NCBI RefSeq assembly: GCF_009834535.1 | Contig: NC_045696.1 | Span: forward strand, 57,166,001-57,230,000 | Origin: Camelus ferus | Taxonomy: Eukaryota | Direction: 5' to 3' | DNA: 64,000 nucleotides | Shown here: positions 1 to 12,275 of the stretch, piece by piece | How the letters are laid out: each line of letters begins with the position of its first letter | How positions within the stretch are numbered: the stretch's first letter is position 1 | Notes under the pieces: generated by a model | Databases searched by the model: none | Told to the model about the DNA's origin: nothing | Seen by the model: the letters and a program-made list of their open reading frames with translations, nothing else | Program-made: the position numbers and the translations under genes

Positions 1-763
1 ACAAGCAATTCTCTGAGACACCAGCTGGGTGTTCCACAGTTTAACTCAATTCAGACACTGTCTACATGGAGATCATGACAGATCCCACAGGGAAAGGTCT
101 CAGAGAACAAAGACTCCCCCTGCTTCCAGATACCAATCACAAGTCAAGTCAACGTTGTCACCTTTTCTTTTGACCAACCAGTTATAGGCCTGAGGTTCCC
201 ACAACTCGCTCCTTGGGTTCAATTAATTTGCTAGAGCAGTTCACAGAACTCAGAAAAATTGTTTACTTACTGTTTACCAGTGTATAACAAAAGAAGATAG
301 ATGAACATCCAGATAGAAGAGATGTGTAGGGCAAGATACATAGGAAGAGACGCGGAGCTTCCAGGCCCTCTCCAGGAGTGTAACTCTCCCCACACGCTAC
401 CTGCTCAGCAACCCGGAAGTTCTCCAAACTCCTTCCTTTTGGGTTTTTATGGAGGTTTCATTACACAGGTGTAGCTGATTAGTTTATTGGCCGTTGGTGA
501 TTGAACTCAATCTCCAACTTCCCGCCTCTCACCAGAGGTGGGGGTGGAGTGGGGCTGAAAGTGCTAACCTTCTAATCACCTGGTTGGTTCCCCTGGCAAG
601 CAGCCCCCATCCTTAGGTGAAGTCCAAAAATCACGTCATTAACATAATGAAAGGTACCTGTGTTGCTCTCATCACTTAGGAAATTCCAAGGGTTTTTCGG
701 AGCTCTGTGCCAGAAATAAGGATAAAGATCAAATATGCATTTATCATAAATTGTAATATCACA
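1..763. mobile_element. LTR, MER21-like (runs off the window start)
   Basis: Motifs gacaccagctgggtgt, cagatcccacagg, ttgggttcaattaatttgctagagcag and the terminal ...aatatcaca resemble the MER21 family as recalled. Confidence 0.65.
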
Positions 764-799
764 GATACATATTCAGCTTAAGCACAATCCTGTTAAACT

Positions 800-3395
800 G
801 AATTCTACCTACTTTATTTGTATACCTGTGTAGCTAAATATGACTGGAGAAAAATATAAAACCAGACTAAACAGTCTCATTTTAAAATAAATCATCAGTA
901 ACCTCAAGTGGGTTCCTGTGCTGCTGGATAGTCATACTGTAATTTCCTAGTCCTCTCTCCCATCCCCTTAAACAACAATTAGGTATTTTCTCCACTCTCC
1001 TCAGAGCTCCAATACCTCCTCCACTGTTTTCAGTCTTAGCTAATGACCATGTGTCCTTTCACTGAGAAAAGTGAAACAATCAGATAAGAACTTCAACAGC
1101 TGCCCCACTACATCTACCAACTTGTGTCTCCATGGTCTCTGTATTCTCTCCTGTTATTATGACTAAACTGTGCAAGCTCCTAACTTAATGAGCATCTCCA
1201 TTTGTATACTAGATTCTGCCCTTTCACTGACACAAGAAAGTCAATCCAGCAATTTTTCCTGTTTCCTTTGTATAATTGTAGTATTTCTCTTTCTACTAGA
1301 TAAGCATACAAACATGCTGTTATTTCTCCTACTAAAAGAAAACCCTCCTTGAATCTGTTCTCCTATGATGCCCCATTTCACTTCTTTTTTCTAGTGTAAA
1401 ATTCCTTGAAATGATTGTGTTATAGTCACTATTTCCAATTTTATTCTCACATTCTCTCGAGTGCATTCTAATCAAAACTTCCCCCACACCAATTAACAAA
1501 AACCTCAATATAGGTGATGATTCTCAGGCCACTCCTTACCAGATATAACAGTAGCATAGTGCAGTTTAACCATTATCCTTACCTTAAAACATTTCACTTT
1601 TCACTTAGATTCCAGAATACTTTATTTACCTAGTTTTCTTCCTACCTTTATATGCCATTCCTTTTCAGTCCTCTTTGCTAGTCCCTCCACATTTCACTGG
1701 ACTTAAAACATCGAGATGCCCAAAGACTGACTCCTTGAACCTTTTCTGTTTTCTATTTATAGTCAAGCTCAACAGGAAACCAGCCAGCCTTATGACTTTA
1801 AATGCCATTTATAATCTAATGGGTCATGAATTTACATTTATAGTCTGGACCAATCCCCAAATTTCTGACATAGATATCCAGTTATTTGACATCCACTTGG
1901 ATGTTTAAGAAGTATCTCAAACTTATGTCCAAAACTGAATTCCTAATATTCTTTTCCTTTCTTCCACAATCTTTCCCACATCTATTAATGGAAATTTCAT
2001 CCTTCCAATTTTCCCAGGTCAAAAGCATTAGAATCATTCTTAACCACTATGCTTCTTTCAGACTCTAAATCTAATTTATTCGCATATTCTGTTGGCTTGA
2101 CCTTTATAATATATTCAGATTCTGACCATTTCTCACCCCTTCTACTGTTACCACCTGGTTTGAGCAAGCCTTTATCCATTTCTCACCTGGATTATTGTAG
2201 TAACATTTTAACTGCTCTCCCTTCTTTCAACCTTGATTCCCTTTAGGATATGCCCAGCAAGAAGAGTGATCCTATTAAAGGAAAGTTAGATTATATCACT
2301 CTATTCTCAAAATCCTCCCATCTGATACCAAATAAAAGTCTAAATTTTTATTGTGTCCTACAAGAACTTACATGATCTAGCTCCATATTCTCTCTCTGAT
2401 CTCATCTCCTGTAAGTCTGCCCTTAACTGCTCTAGAAAGTCAAGATCTGTGAAAAGTTTGAGATTTTACTTTACTTGAAGCAAATAAAGTTAGTTTGCCA
2501 GTTTCATGGATGCTGATAGAAGGCATGAGGCTCCTGGGTCAGAGATACAGAATAATCACAGTAGCCAGAATATTTTATGCTGGTTTCCTGAGCCTTAATT
2601 CCCACAATATGATGCAAAGAAGCCTCCTCTTCTATATAAATTTGCTTAGGCTGCCTTAACAAATACTAACAACTGTGTGACTTGAACAACCGAAATTTAT
2701 TTTCTCACACTTCTGAAGACTGGAAATCTCAAATCAATGTACCAGCAGTGTTGGTATTTGGTGAGAGCTCTCTCCTTGAGTTGCAGACAGGTGTCTTCTC
2801 ACTCTGTGCTCAAGTGGCCTTTCTGCTGCGGGGGTGAGGAGGGAGAGGAATGGAGTAGGGGAGGATGGGGAGAAAGGGGAAGAGAAAGAGGGGAAAAGAG
2901 GGAGGGAAAGGGAAGGAGGGGGAGGGAGAAGAAAGTATCTAGCTGTCCTGGTGTCTCTTTTTATAAGGACATCAATTCTATCAGATCAGGGCCCCAACCT
3001 TATGACCTCATTTAACCTTAATTGTTTCCTTAAAGGCCGCATCTCCAAATACATCCACACTGGTGGGTTAGGGCTTGAGTGTTTGGATTTGGGGAGGGGA
3101 AAAGCAAACATTTAGCCCTAACACCTTCTATTCTATTTAAAATTTAATCACACCCTTTTCCAAGAGTTTCTTTCCTCTTTTCTGCTTTATTTTTTCCTTT
3201 CCCTTGGTACTTATTGCTATCTAATATCTCATAGATATATACTTATCATATATATTGTCTGTCTCTATCATAGAAAGTAAGTTCTGTGAAGGTAGGAGTT
3301 TTATCTGTTTCATTTACTATTTTATTTCCCTGTGCCTAAAACAAAGCCTAGAACATACAGTAAACCCTCAATAAATACTTGTTGATCAAATGAAG
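800..3395 (+). mobile_element. LINE-2 (L2) remnant interrupted by LTR fragments
   Basis: L2 hallmarks: gacatccacttggatgt...tctcaaactt...tgtccaaaactgaattcc (1888-1943), tctcacctggattattg (2181), and the 3' end ctcaataaatacttgttga..aatgaa (3368-3394). Confidence 0.7.
2635..3123. mobile_element. MaLR LTR (MLT1-like) inserted in L2
   Basis: ggctgccttaacaaatac...aaatttattttctcacacttctgaagactggaa and tatgacctcatttaaccttaatt match MLT1 motifs; contains a long purine tract at 2830-2935. Confidence 0.7.
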
Positions 3396-5109
3396 GTTGT
3401 AGTATGGCAGGCTGATAATTTGGAAAGCCAGAGTAAGGTTCACTTCTAGCCAGGGAGACCTCTTTCAAGAGGAAAATCCTCATTAATTGTGTAGTGAATT
3501 ATTTACTGTAGACTGAATTGTTAAGATCTTATTATACAAGCCTTTAAATTTAAGCTACTTTGTAATATCTAAATCCAAAATTGTAGCAGCTTGTAATTTG
3601 GACTTGCTTAAGCTTTTTAAGTTAGAAAAGGTTAAAGACAGAGTCATAAGATTAATAATACATTGTTGAGAAAACTTAAACCCTGAATAAAGCTAATGAA
3701 CAGCATATAATCAGTCTTTTTTTTTTTTTTTAAACCACACATTAGGGAACAGAGCAGCTGTTTGGGCAAGGCAACTGATTGAGAAACAGTAATTTTGATG
3801 CTGACAGTTGGTAAGCATCAGGCATAAGTAAAATGACTTCCAAAATATAGATTTCTTGTCTTTTTAACCTACTTTAGGCTATCTCTAAATTGAGGATGCA
3901 AAGATATCTACACTTAAAAATTTTTTTCCATGGCACATATTCATGGAAATATGGATGGTTTTAGAAGGATCATTTCTAGATGAATTCTAATTAAATCATT
4001 TGTCATAGCTCTTGGCGTTGTTTTTTTTTCTTCTTGGGAGGTTGGGACAGCTGTTCTTTTATACCTTGACCCTCAGCCTAAAGTGCCTAAACCCCTGCTC
4101 TCCTGTCCTCATCAGCTACTCTTCCTTGTAAGGCATTTACAGGCTTCTTAGTTTTAAAGTGGACTTAAAAACACAGCTGAGATGTTAAATCATCTAAATA
4201 TGTTATTTTGAATTTTATAAATTTTAAATACTTTAAACTATAGACAAAGTACTTTCTAAATGCAATGTATTTTTATAACATCCTCCCCAAGTCTTTGACA
4301 CATGTACACTCTTGAGACATATCAGCCTGGAATAACCCCCTAACTCTCTCTACATGATGTCAAAGGACAAAGGAAAGAAAAGGCTGCTAGAGCACTGCTT
4401 AGGGAGAGTCTGGAAATGTCCAAAGTCAATCTATCCCAGTTACTTCCTAAGCTTTACAGTGTCCTATCCTCTGGGACTGGTAATAACCTGGCATGGATAT
4501 TCAACCTTGGAGAGTGAGTAAACCATTTTTCTGGGTAAAGAGGCACAAGCCTGCCTAAGCACCAAAGGTAGTTTGGGTTTTGCTAATACAGTGAAAATTG
4601 CTAGCATGAACTCTCTATGTTGAAATTTCATGAAATATTCTGAGTGTTCATTTTCAAAAGAAGAAATTATCACTTTCTAGTGAATGAATCTCTAAAATAA
4701 AGAATCAGATGGCATTATTTTTCAGCTGAAGTTATTCAATAAATTACACATTTATAAATTGCTTTTTAAGAAAGGATTTAAGGAAGACTATATAGTATAA
4801 TGAAAGAATACTGGATTAAGAATCAGGAAAGTCGAGGTCACATCATCTTTCTGGCTTTTCAGAGGTTTTCTGATTAATATAATGAGAAGATTTGACAAGT
4901 TGTTGTCTTCAACTCCTTTTAGACCTTACCTTCTATGATTCCAAGTTACTGCAACTGGTGAACTCACAAATCTACTGATTTATGTATAATACTGCAAAAT
5001 TATAACACTATAGATATAAATTATCATAATATAAAACATCACCCATAGATGAATAACAGCCGTTTTAGAAAGAATTTCATGTGCCAGTGATATGAAATTG
5101 TTTTTATAG

Positions 5110-5470
5110 GTACATTCCTATCATTGAAAGGAGCTGTCCTAACATTATCCTGTATGGACCGAACTGGAGGATTAATGCAACCGCCATATGAAGTTTGGAG
5201 GGATCCAAACAACATCGATGAAAATGAGAAATCCTGGAGAAGGAAACTGGTCATGAACTGCCCCTCTCCATCCCAAGAAATAGGAGATCATCAGTATACA
5301 ATAATCTGCTCAGAAAAACAAGCCAAAGTCTTCTCGCTGCCTTCCCAGACTTGCCTCTATGTTCATAACATCACCGAGACATCTTTTATACTGCAAGCAG
5401 ATGTGGTGGTCATGTGTAACAGTGCCTGCTTGGCATGCTTTTGTGCCAATGGGCATATCATGATAATGAG
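5110..5470 (+). CDS. STXBP5L: STXBP5L (tomosyn-2) coding exon, fifth from last, 361 nt
   Basis: tttttatag|GT acceptor and ATGAG|gtactt donor; encodes GTFLSLKGAVLTLSCMDRTGGLMQPPYEVWRDPNNIDENEKSWRRK...SEKQAKVFSLPSQTC...CANGHIMIM; phase continues into the next exon (AG+C = Ser). Confidence 0.96.
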
Positions 5471-5929
5471 GTACTTGCCTTCTTTACAAATTATCTGGTA
5501 ATCACAACAGTGCAAACAAGGTACAGTTATGAAAAGTATATGTGTAACGTGCAAGATGTTATTAAGAAGCAAATAGAGATCATTGTTTTACTGTATGAAT
5601 TATTTTATTGCTCAACAATTGGAGGAGAGTTTGGATTTTTTATTTTATGGGTTTTTAAAATTTTTTTGCTAAAAATGCTTAGCATTGTGAATGAAATATA
5701 TATGTTGATTGACATCAGGGTATCTAAGGAAAAGAGTGATTCTCCAGTCATTCACACATTCATTCAACATTTATTGAGCATGTTGTCTCCCAGATCCTAT
5801 ACTAGGCACAGGAAATATAAAGATAAATAAACTACAAGAAAAAGAAATAAACTGTTAATTTTACTATGTTTCATAGTCCACACAAGAATTTTCCATACAG
5901 AATTAAATTTTATCCTTATTGCCCGTAGG

Positions 5930-6037
5930 GGGCTCGTGCACAGCAGGGCAGTCGAGTAGTTGTACTGAAGAACGTATGGCCTACAAAGCCTAAAATATTC
6001 ACTATTTGGCCCTTTAAATAAAGTATGCCAGCCCCTG
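5930..6037. mobile_element. MER58-like hAT-Charlie fragment
   Basis: tggcctacaaagcctaaaatattcactatttggccctttaaataaagtatgccagcccctg resembles the MER58 terminus. Confidence 0.6.
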
Positions 6038-7025
6038 AGATAGAGTATTCTTTTGGGAAATTTTGGTAAAATGAGAGAGGAAAGACAGGAAAGTAGTTCA
6101 AGAGTGAAACTAGATTTTTGAGAGTGTTTTTACTGTTATTTTCTTTAGTAGGGGAGATATAAGTAGATTTGTAAGCCAAGAAGTAGTTAGTAAAGGAGAA
6201 AGTTTTTAAAAAATAAAATCAGGCATTTATGGCCTGCTCATTCTCTTACGTATTTCTTGTTGTTTTTACCTGGTTTCTCATTCTCAAACTCTTTTTAGAG
6301 ATTTCTGAAGGCCATTCCAGTCTTGTTTGAAAATAATGACCTAACTCCTAGACATGCCTTAGTTTAAGAGGGAAAAATAAATGTGTACCTCCCCTAAGCT
6401 CATTTAGTCACTGAGAATTTTTCTTTTAAAATTTTTTCTTTTAAATTAAAAGACATTAAAATGTTGTGGCACAATTGAGTTTTTAGCTTGATAGTGATTA
6501 CTTACCCTATTTTTGTAAAATTGTAGTATGTTTCATTTCTTTAAATGGTGTACCTGAAAATTAATTTCTATTTAAATGAACATGGGCTACATCTACATTT
6601 ATGAGGGCAATTTCTTGAGAAATGAAAAATGAGTTTAAAAAGCAACAGGAGTGATAGCAATAGGAGAAACCCAGGAGTTCTGCCTTAAAAAGAGACACTG
6701 GGCCAAGTATGCAGTCGGCCACTTTCTAGTTGTGGTGTTTCTGCCAAAGATTATAACCATACTGTAGGAAAACCTGTGAAATGATGCAAAAAGTATTCTG
6801 AAATTGGTGGCCACCGCACTGAATTCATCCTTCAAGGACACTTGAATATGATTTTCAGTGGAAGTCTAGTTTACCACCATTGAGACTTTAAGAGGATAAA
6901 AAGAAACAACCATAAAATAGTGGTGTAAAAATTACTATTTTATGTAAGAATCTATAAAGTTTATACAGAGAAATTAAAAGCTAACAACTTAAATATGAAA
7001 TGTGGATTTGCTTTTTTCCATTCAG

Positions 7026-7191
7026 CCTACCTAGTCTTCGCCCAATGTTGGATGTTAATTATTTGCCACTGACAGACATGAGGATAGCACGGACGTTCTG
7101 TTTTACCAATGAAGGACAGGCATTATACCTTGTCTCTCCTACTGAAATTCAGCGGTTAACATACAGCCAAGGGATGTGTGATAATCTACAG
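7026..7191 (+). CDS. STXBP5L: STXBP5L coding exon, 166 nt
   Basis: ccattcag|C acceptor, CAG|gtaggt donor; SLPSLRPMLDVNYLPLTDMRIARTFCFTNEGQALYLVSPTEIQRLTYSQGMCDNLQ (tomosyn/Lgl C-terminal region). Confidence 0.97.
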
Positions 7192-7799
7192 GTAGGTCAG
7201 GCACATTTATGAATAAACACAGGACATGGTTGTAAAAAGAGACAATGAAGGATGTCTAAAAGCTAAAATATTATTGGGCCAGACAATAAATATGCCTAAC
7301 CTAGAATATTTTGAATATATGTTCATCATTGTGACCAACTTCTAGTGTGGTTCTAGGTATACACAGAAAAAAATAAGAAAAGTGGCATGGGGGGAGGAAT
7401 GTGAATGTCATATATATCAATAGTTAACTGTTTTGGTTTTTTTAATTTTTTTTTCTTGCCTATGGAGAATCCTCTGAAAGATTATAAAAATCTTCCTCCA
7501 GGGTTGGGAATATGTATGTAGACACAACATTTTTGCATACAATTCAGGAAGTTCATGGCCTTTTTTTTTTTTAATCCTAATTGTGATTAAGAGTCATACA
7601 AAATAAATATATGTCCTGTAGGTTAGAATTGGGCATTTGTCTTTGATCCTAGTGGTAAGCAGAGTCTAGGAACATAATATATATATAAAAGCCTGTCTAA
7701 CGTTGGATAAGTAAATGTGGTCACAAAATTTTAAGAGCATCTTAGGGATTTAGTTGGTTCAACATCCTTATTTCACAAATGAGAAAACCAAAATCCATT

Positions 7800-7970
7800 C
7801 CTTATAATATAGCGGTTTAGCATATAAACTCTGAGCTATTTAAGTTGTATTTTGCCTACTTGTGTAACTTTGGGCATTTTATTTAATCTACCTGTGTGTT
7901 CTACCTGGAGCGTTGCTGTGAGAATTAAATAAAAATTCATATAAAGCCCTCACAGTGCCTGGAACACATT
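7800..7970 (+). mobile_element. MIR SINE remnant
   Basis: tgtgtaactttgggcattttatttaatct...gctgtgagaattaaat...aaagccctcacagtgcctggaacaca MIR core and tail. Confidence 0.6.
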
Positions 7971-7984
7971 AAGTTTTAAAAATA

Positions 7985-8870
7985 ATGTTATTCAACAAAT
8001 ACTGAGTTTTTACTATATGCCTGGTACCTGGTTGGGCTCTCAGAACACAATAATAAACAAGATACAAGTCCCTTCCTGCTAGTGTGGAGGGAGAGATAAG
8101 TAAACAGACAACCACAATACTCTGTGGAAAATGCTGTCTATGTACGGTTGTGCCAGTGCTGGGGAGACATGTAAGAGGGGCACCTGGGTTAATGGAACAA
8201 AAGGGAAAGGGTAATGAGAAAAGAATTATGAAAGATGACTTGGAGTTATCCATGGGAATGAATGGCTGGAGATGGAAAAGATAATAATATTCTTGACAAA
8301 ACAGTGGCATGAGGAAGCCACGGGGTTCAGGAAACCACCAACAAAGTGCAGAGTCGGGAAGTCAACAGAATGAAGGGATGGTGCTGGAGTATTAGTCAAG
8401 ACTAGATCTTGGAGCACCTTGTGAGCTCCTTAAGGAATCTGGCACTTAACCCCAGGGTAATAGGAAGTCAATAAAAAGGTTTAGCAAATTTGCCTATTAA
8501 AACTAATATTCTTGTTGCAGTATGGCAATTGATTTTGAGGAATTAAGACTAAAGGTAAGGAGAACAATTCGGAGCCTTTTAAAAATAACGCCAAGAATAA
8601 TAGTGGCTTGAGCAGCCAACATTGAGGATAGAGAAAAGTTAGCAGATTCAATGGCTGTAAAGTGTAATCATTTGGATTGGAGAGTTACTAGATGTAGAAG
8701 TGAGGGAAGGAAAGGGATTAATAATTATTCCTATGTTTCTGGGTTGGAGAACTAAGTAGATGGTGCAGCTGTTTTCAAAGAGAAGGGACTCAGGAGGAGG
8801 AGCACAGGTCTCGGGAGTGGAGGTGAGGGGCAGGTGATGAAAAGAGTCATGCTGCAAGTTCACAGATAAA
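7985..8870 (-). mobile_element. L2 remnant, reverse orientation
   Basis: ttattcaacaaatactgagt...tactatatgcctgg start; gtttctgggttggagaactaagtagatggtg near the far end. Confidence 0.6.
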
Positions 8871-9680
8871 CTTGTATTAGGTCACAGATCTCCCGACTTT
8901 GGGTTGAACTGAAGTTACTTCCTCTAAATCAATCATTCTCAAATTCTGGTCTGCTTTAGAAAGACTAAAACAAGTTAAAGCTTTTTTTACAGCAAGTTAA
9001 AAGTTAGAAAAAGTAAAAGCAAGTTAAAAATACAGATAACCAGAGCACATATATGTAGATGCTAATTTAGTATGTGGAATAACATGTGAGCATCTGTATT
9101 TCTAACAAGATATTTCTCCAGTCATTCTACATCACATTGAATATTGAGAGTGGTTGTACCATGGAGTGGTTGCCTATTTTGACTCATTTAAGTTTTCTTG
9201 AGTTATTTCATAATTTTGTACATGATATAAAAATAAATCCAACCTTCCTCTACATACCACCAAAGGCTTCCTATTTCATAAAGCAGTCCATGCTTGGTTC
9301 AGGAAAGGGAACTAGTACAGGAAAGAGGCTATGGTAATTGAAAAAGGATCAGAAGTCAATATTGGAAATCATTGGTCAGGTGTAAATTAATCCTAGGGTG
9401 AATATTAGCTCCCCATGTTTTCTAATTGTAGAAGGGAGAAGAGAAGAGGGCAGAAAAATCAAAATTTTAGGATGTCAGTTCCCAGAGAAGGGAAGGGAAA
9501 GGAAGGAGGTGGAGAAAGAAATGCCAGAGATAGAACTGGAAGCAAAGCAAAAATCACCAGGAAAACTATGGAGAGCAGACTGCCTTTTCATGATATGCTC
9601 TAACATGCCACAGTGTTATCTTTTGATCTGTTAATTTATTTTTAGTTAGTCTAATGCTTTTTTCTTTGCATTTGATATAG

Positions 9681-9792
9681 GACATGCTAGGAGATTTGTT
9701 TACTCCCATAGAGACACCAGAAGCTCAAAACAGAGGCTTTCTCAAAGGATTGTTTGGTGGAAGTGGACAAACATTTGACAGAGAAGAACTCT
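9681..9792 (+). CDS. STXBP5L: STXBP5L coding exon, 112 nt (not in the ORF track)
   Basis: tttgatatag|GAC acceptor, CTCT|gtgagt donor; DMLGDLFTPIETPEAQNRGFLKGLFGGSGQTFDREEL; phases 0 and 1 fit both neighbours. Confidence 0.96.
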
Positions 9793-10334
9793 GTGAGTAA
9801 ACTTATCACAAAAGAGAAGACCTATTTCTGTGTGTTTGTGTAACTTAATGTAATATGTAATCTCAAATACTAGCCTAGGGTTTTGCTTCTATACCATGAA
9901 AATTATTTCTGTTTACCAAACATGAATAAAACTGGTCACTTCATATGAGGAAACAGTTTAACAAAACCAGTATATGCAAGTCATACAAATAATGAGTAAA
10001 AAGCTAATAAAAGTGTCATTTGCAGGTGCATTATACCTGCAAGAGCAGGGTGAATTCACGTGGCTACTAAAATCTGAAAAAAATTATTTTTGAATCTGCC
10101 TGCCTTTAACTACTGTTTGGAAACAGATTCTTTATTCAGAACGCAAGAATTAATTAGTTTAAATGATCTATCAGTGAGACTCTGATGAACAATAATCAAA
10201 AAGCAGTAGAAAGATACTAGAGAACATTTTTAGAGAGAAATTAAGAATATATTTTCCAGAATATCTCACCCACCAATTGGTCTTATAATCAAAACTCCGT
10301 TTCATTTGAAGCTTTAACTATGCACAAGATCTAG

Positions 10335-10725
10335 ATGCCTCCATATGATGGAATATTATTCAGCCATAAAAATGAAGTTTGATACATGCTACAACATGGA
10401 TGAACCTTGAAAACACGCTAAATTAAAGAAGAAAGACAAAAAAGCCACATGATTCCTTTTATGTGAAACATTCAGAATAGACAAATCCTAGAGACAGCAA
10501 ATAGATTAGTAGTTTCCAGGGACTGGGGCAAGGAGGAACTAGAGGGGAACTGTTAATGTGTACAGAGTTTCTTTTTGGGGTGATGAAAATGTTCTAAAAT
10601 TTAATAGTGGTGATAGTTACACAACTCTAGGAATACACTAAAAACCACTGAATTGTACACTTTAAAAGGATGAATTTTATAGTATGTAAATTTTCTCTCA
10701 ATAAGGCTCCTATTAAAAAAAAAAA
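10335..10725 (+). mobile_element. L1 3'-end fragment (L1MB-like)
   Basis: atggaatattattcagccataaaaa...gctacaacatggatgaaccttgaaaac...accactgaattgtacactttaaaa...ctcaataa followed by an A-run. Confidence 0.75.
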
Positions 10726-10937
10726 CTGGTTTACATTCCATCCCTAATGTTACATCCTTGGGGATGCTCACTAAATTTTTTACCAAGACAGCTGTTTTTC
10801 AGTTTTAAAAAATTACTTCATTAAAATTAAGTGAAATTGAGCTATGTAAATGATGGAAAAATTTAGTCTTTTATAAAGTAATAAAAGTTCAGCATATGTA
10901 TATTAATGTCCATCATGCACATACCCCATTCTCTAGT

Positions 10938-10941
<4 letters not shown>

Positions 10942-10970
<29 letters not shown>
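10942..10970. repeat. (AC)14 microsatellite
   Basis: Read directly; a shorter AC run lies at about 11202-11217. Confidence 0.95.
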
Positions 10971-10971
<1 letters not shown>

Positions 10972-11432
10972 TTTAAAAAACAACTGAGGCCTACAAAGGC
11001 TGCTAGCAAGATGAACGGGGAAGGTTGGAATGCCAATTGGGCAGAAATTTAAATATATGATTAAGCTTGAGATTGGAACGGACCCTAATATGGCTTAAAT
11101 ATGAAGTTAAATATGGGGTTAAATATGAGATCACAATAAAATTGTGAGCATCCCAATTTAGCAACATCAAGAAATGCAGTTATGCCAGGTTGTATGGAAG
11201 ACACACACACACACACAAAGGCATATGGTAACAATCTCTCTCAGTCTCTTTCATAGGTATTTTTCTTGGTTAAGTGCTAACATCTCCAAATGCATATCTA
11301 TGATAGGAACGAATATGTCTTTTCATGAGAATTATGCTAGTGTAATTTAATATAAGTACTTTGGTGGTAAACAACCATAATTACTTGAATTACTGACAAA
11401 ATGTTTTAAACCACTATGGCTTGAATTCCCAG

Positions 11433-11653
11433 TTGGGGAAGCTTCAGCAGGAAAAGCATCCCGCAGCCTCGCACAGCACATTCCTGGACCAGGTGGTATA
11501 GAAGGGATGAAAGGCGCTGCTGGAGGGGTGATGGGAGAGCTGACTCGTGCAAGGATCGCACTTGACGAGAGAGGACAGAGACTAGGAGAGCTGGAAGAGA
11601 AAACTGCAGGCATGATGACCAGTGCAGAAGCATTTTCCAAACATGCACATGAG
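11433..11653 (+). CDS. STXBP5L: STXBP5L penultimate coding exon, 221 nt, R-SNARE-like motif
   Basis: gaattcccag|TT acceptor, GAG|gtaaac donor; FGEASAGKASRSLAQHIPGPGGIEGMKGAAGGVMGELTRARIALDERGQRLGELEEKTAGMMTSAEAFSKHAHE, with the zero-layer Arg in DERG. Confidence 0.97.
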
Positions 11654-12233
11654 GTAAACTGCCTGAGTAAATATAGGCACCTTCATACAGTGGTAACTGT
11701 AAATATTTAGGTCCTGCACAAGAAAAGCTAAACAGAGATGCCACTGTAAATAACCCTGTGTGAGAGCCAAGGTAACTGGGATCTTGTCCTAAGTATTAAA
11801 ATCTCCCCCAGTATTTGGGAGAAAAAGGTTTTTAAAAAATTCTGTCATACATTGATACTTCTGAGCCTTAAGGGATGATTTAAAAGAAACTTATCATTGA
11901 TTCTGATACACTGGGTCTATACTGTGCATTAACTGCTGAAAAGGTACTCAGATTGATTATGTGATCCCCCAGCAAGGTGTGAGGGGCAGTAGAGGCTGGG
12001 ATGCACATTCCTTTTTGTGTCAATCATTAAAAATCATTTCCTGTCAGCCAAATCTTTACAGCTGGATTGGTTTTTTAAAAAATCTTTTTATAGGCACTTT
12101 ATTTCACACAAAAAAGGGAAGTTTTAGAAGTTTTGAGATTTAGATATGCATGACTAGCTCAACAGGAACTCTCTTTGATTAGCACTATTAAAGATTTTTT
12201 TAACATCTTATGGTGACTATTTTTTCTTTGCAG

Positions 12234-12275
12234 TTAATGCTGAAATATAAGGATAAGAAATGGTACCAATTCTAA
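12234..12275 (+). CDS. STXBP5L: STXBP5L terminal coding exon with stop codon
   Basis: ttttctttgcag|TTA ATG CTG AAA TAT AAG GAT AAG AAA TGG TAC CAA TTC TAA = LMLKYKDKKWYQF*, the tomosyn C-terminus. Confidence 0.97.
   Translation, partial: LMLKYKDKKWYQF

Noticed and set aside
2737..3115. Glu/Gly/Arg-rich ORFs
   Set aside because: Translation of a low-complexity purine tract within an LTR.
4460..4514. Possible cryptic STXBP5L exon (tttacag|...GA|gtgagt)
   Set aside because: Only moderate splice signals and no recognisable peptide; indistinguishable from background pseudoexons.
11347..11770. Several antisense ORFs over the STXBP5L SNARE exon
   Set aside because: Shadow ORFs of a real coding exon; no independent evidence.
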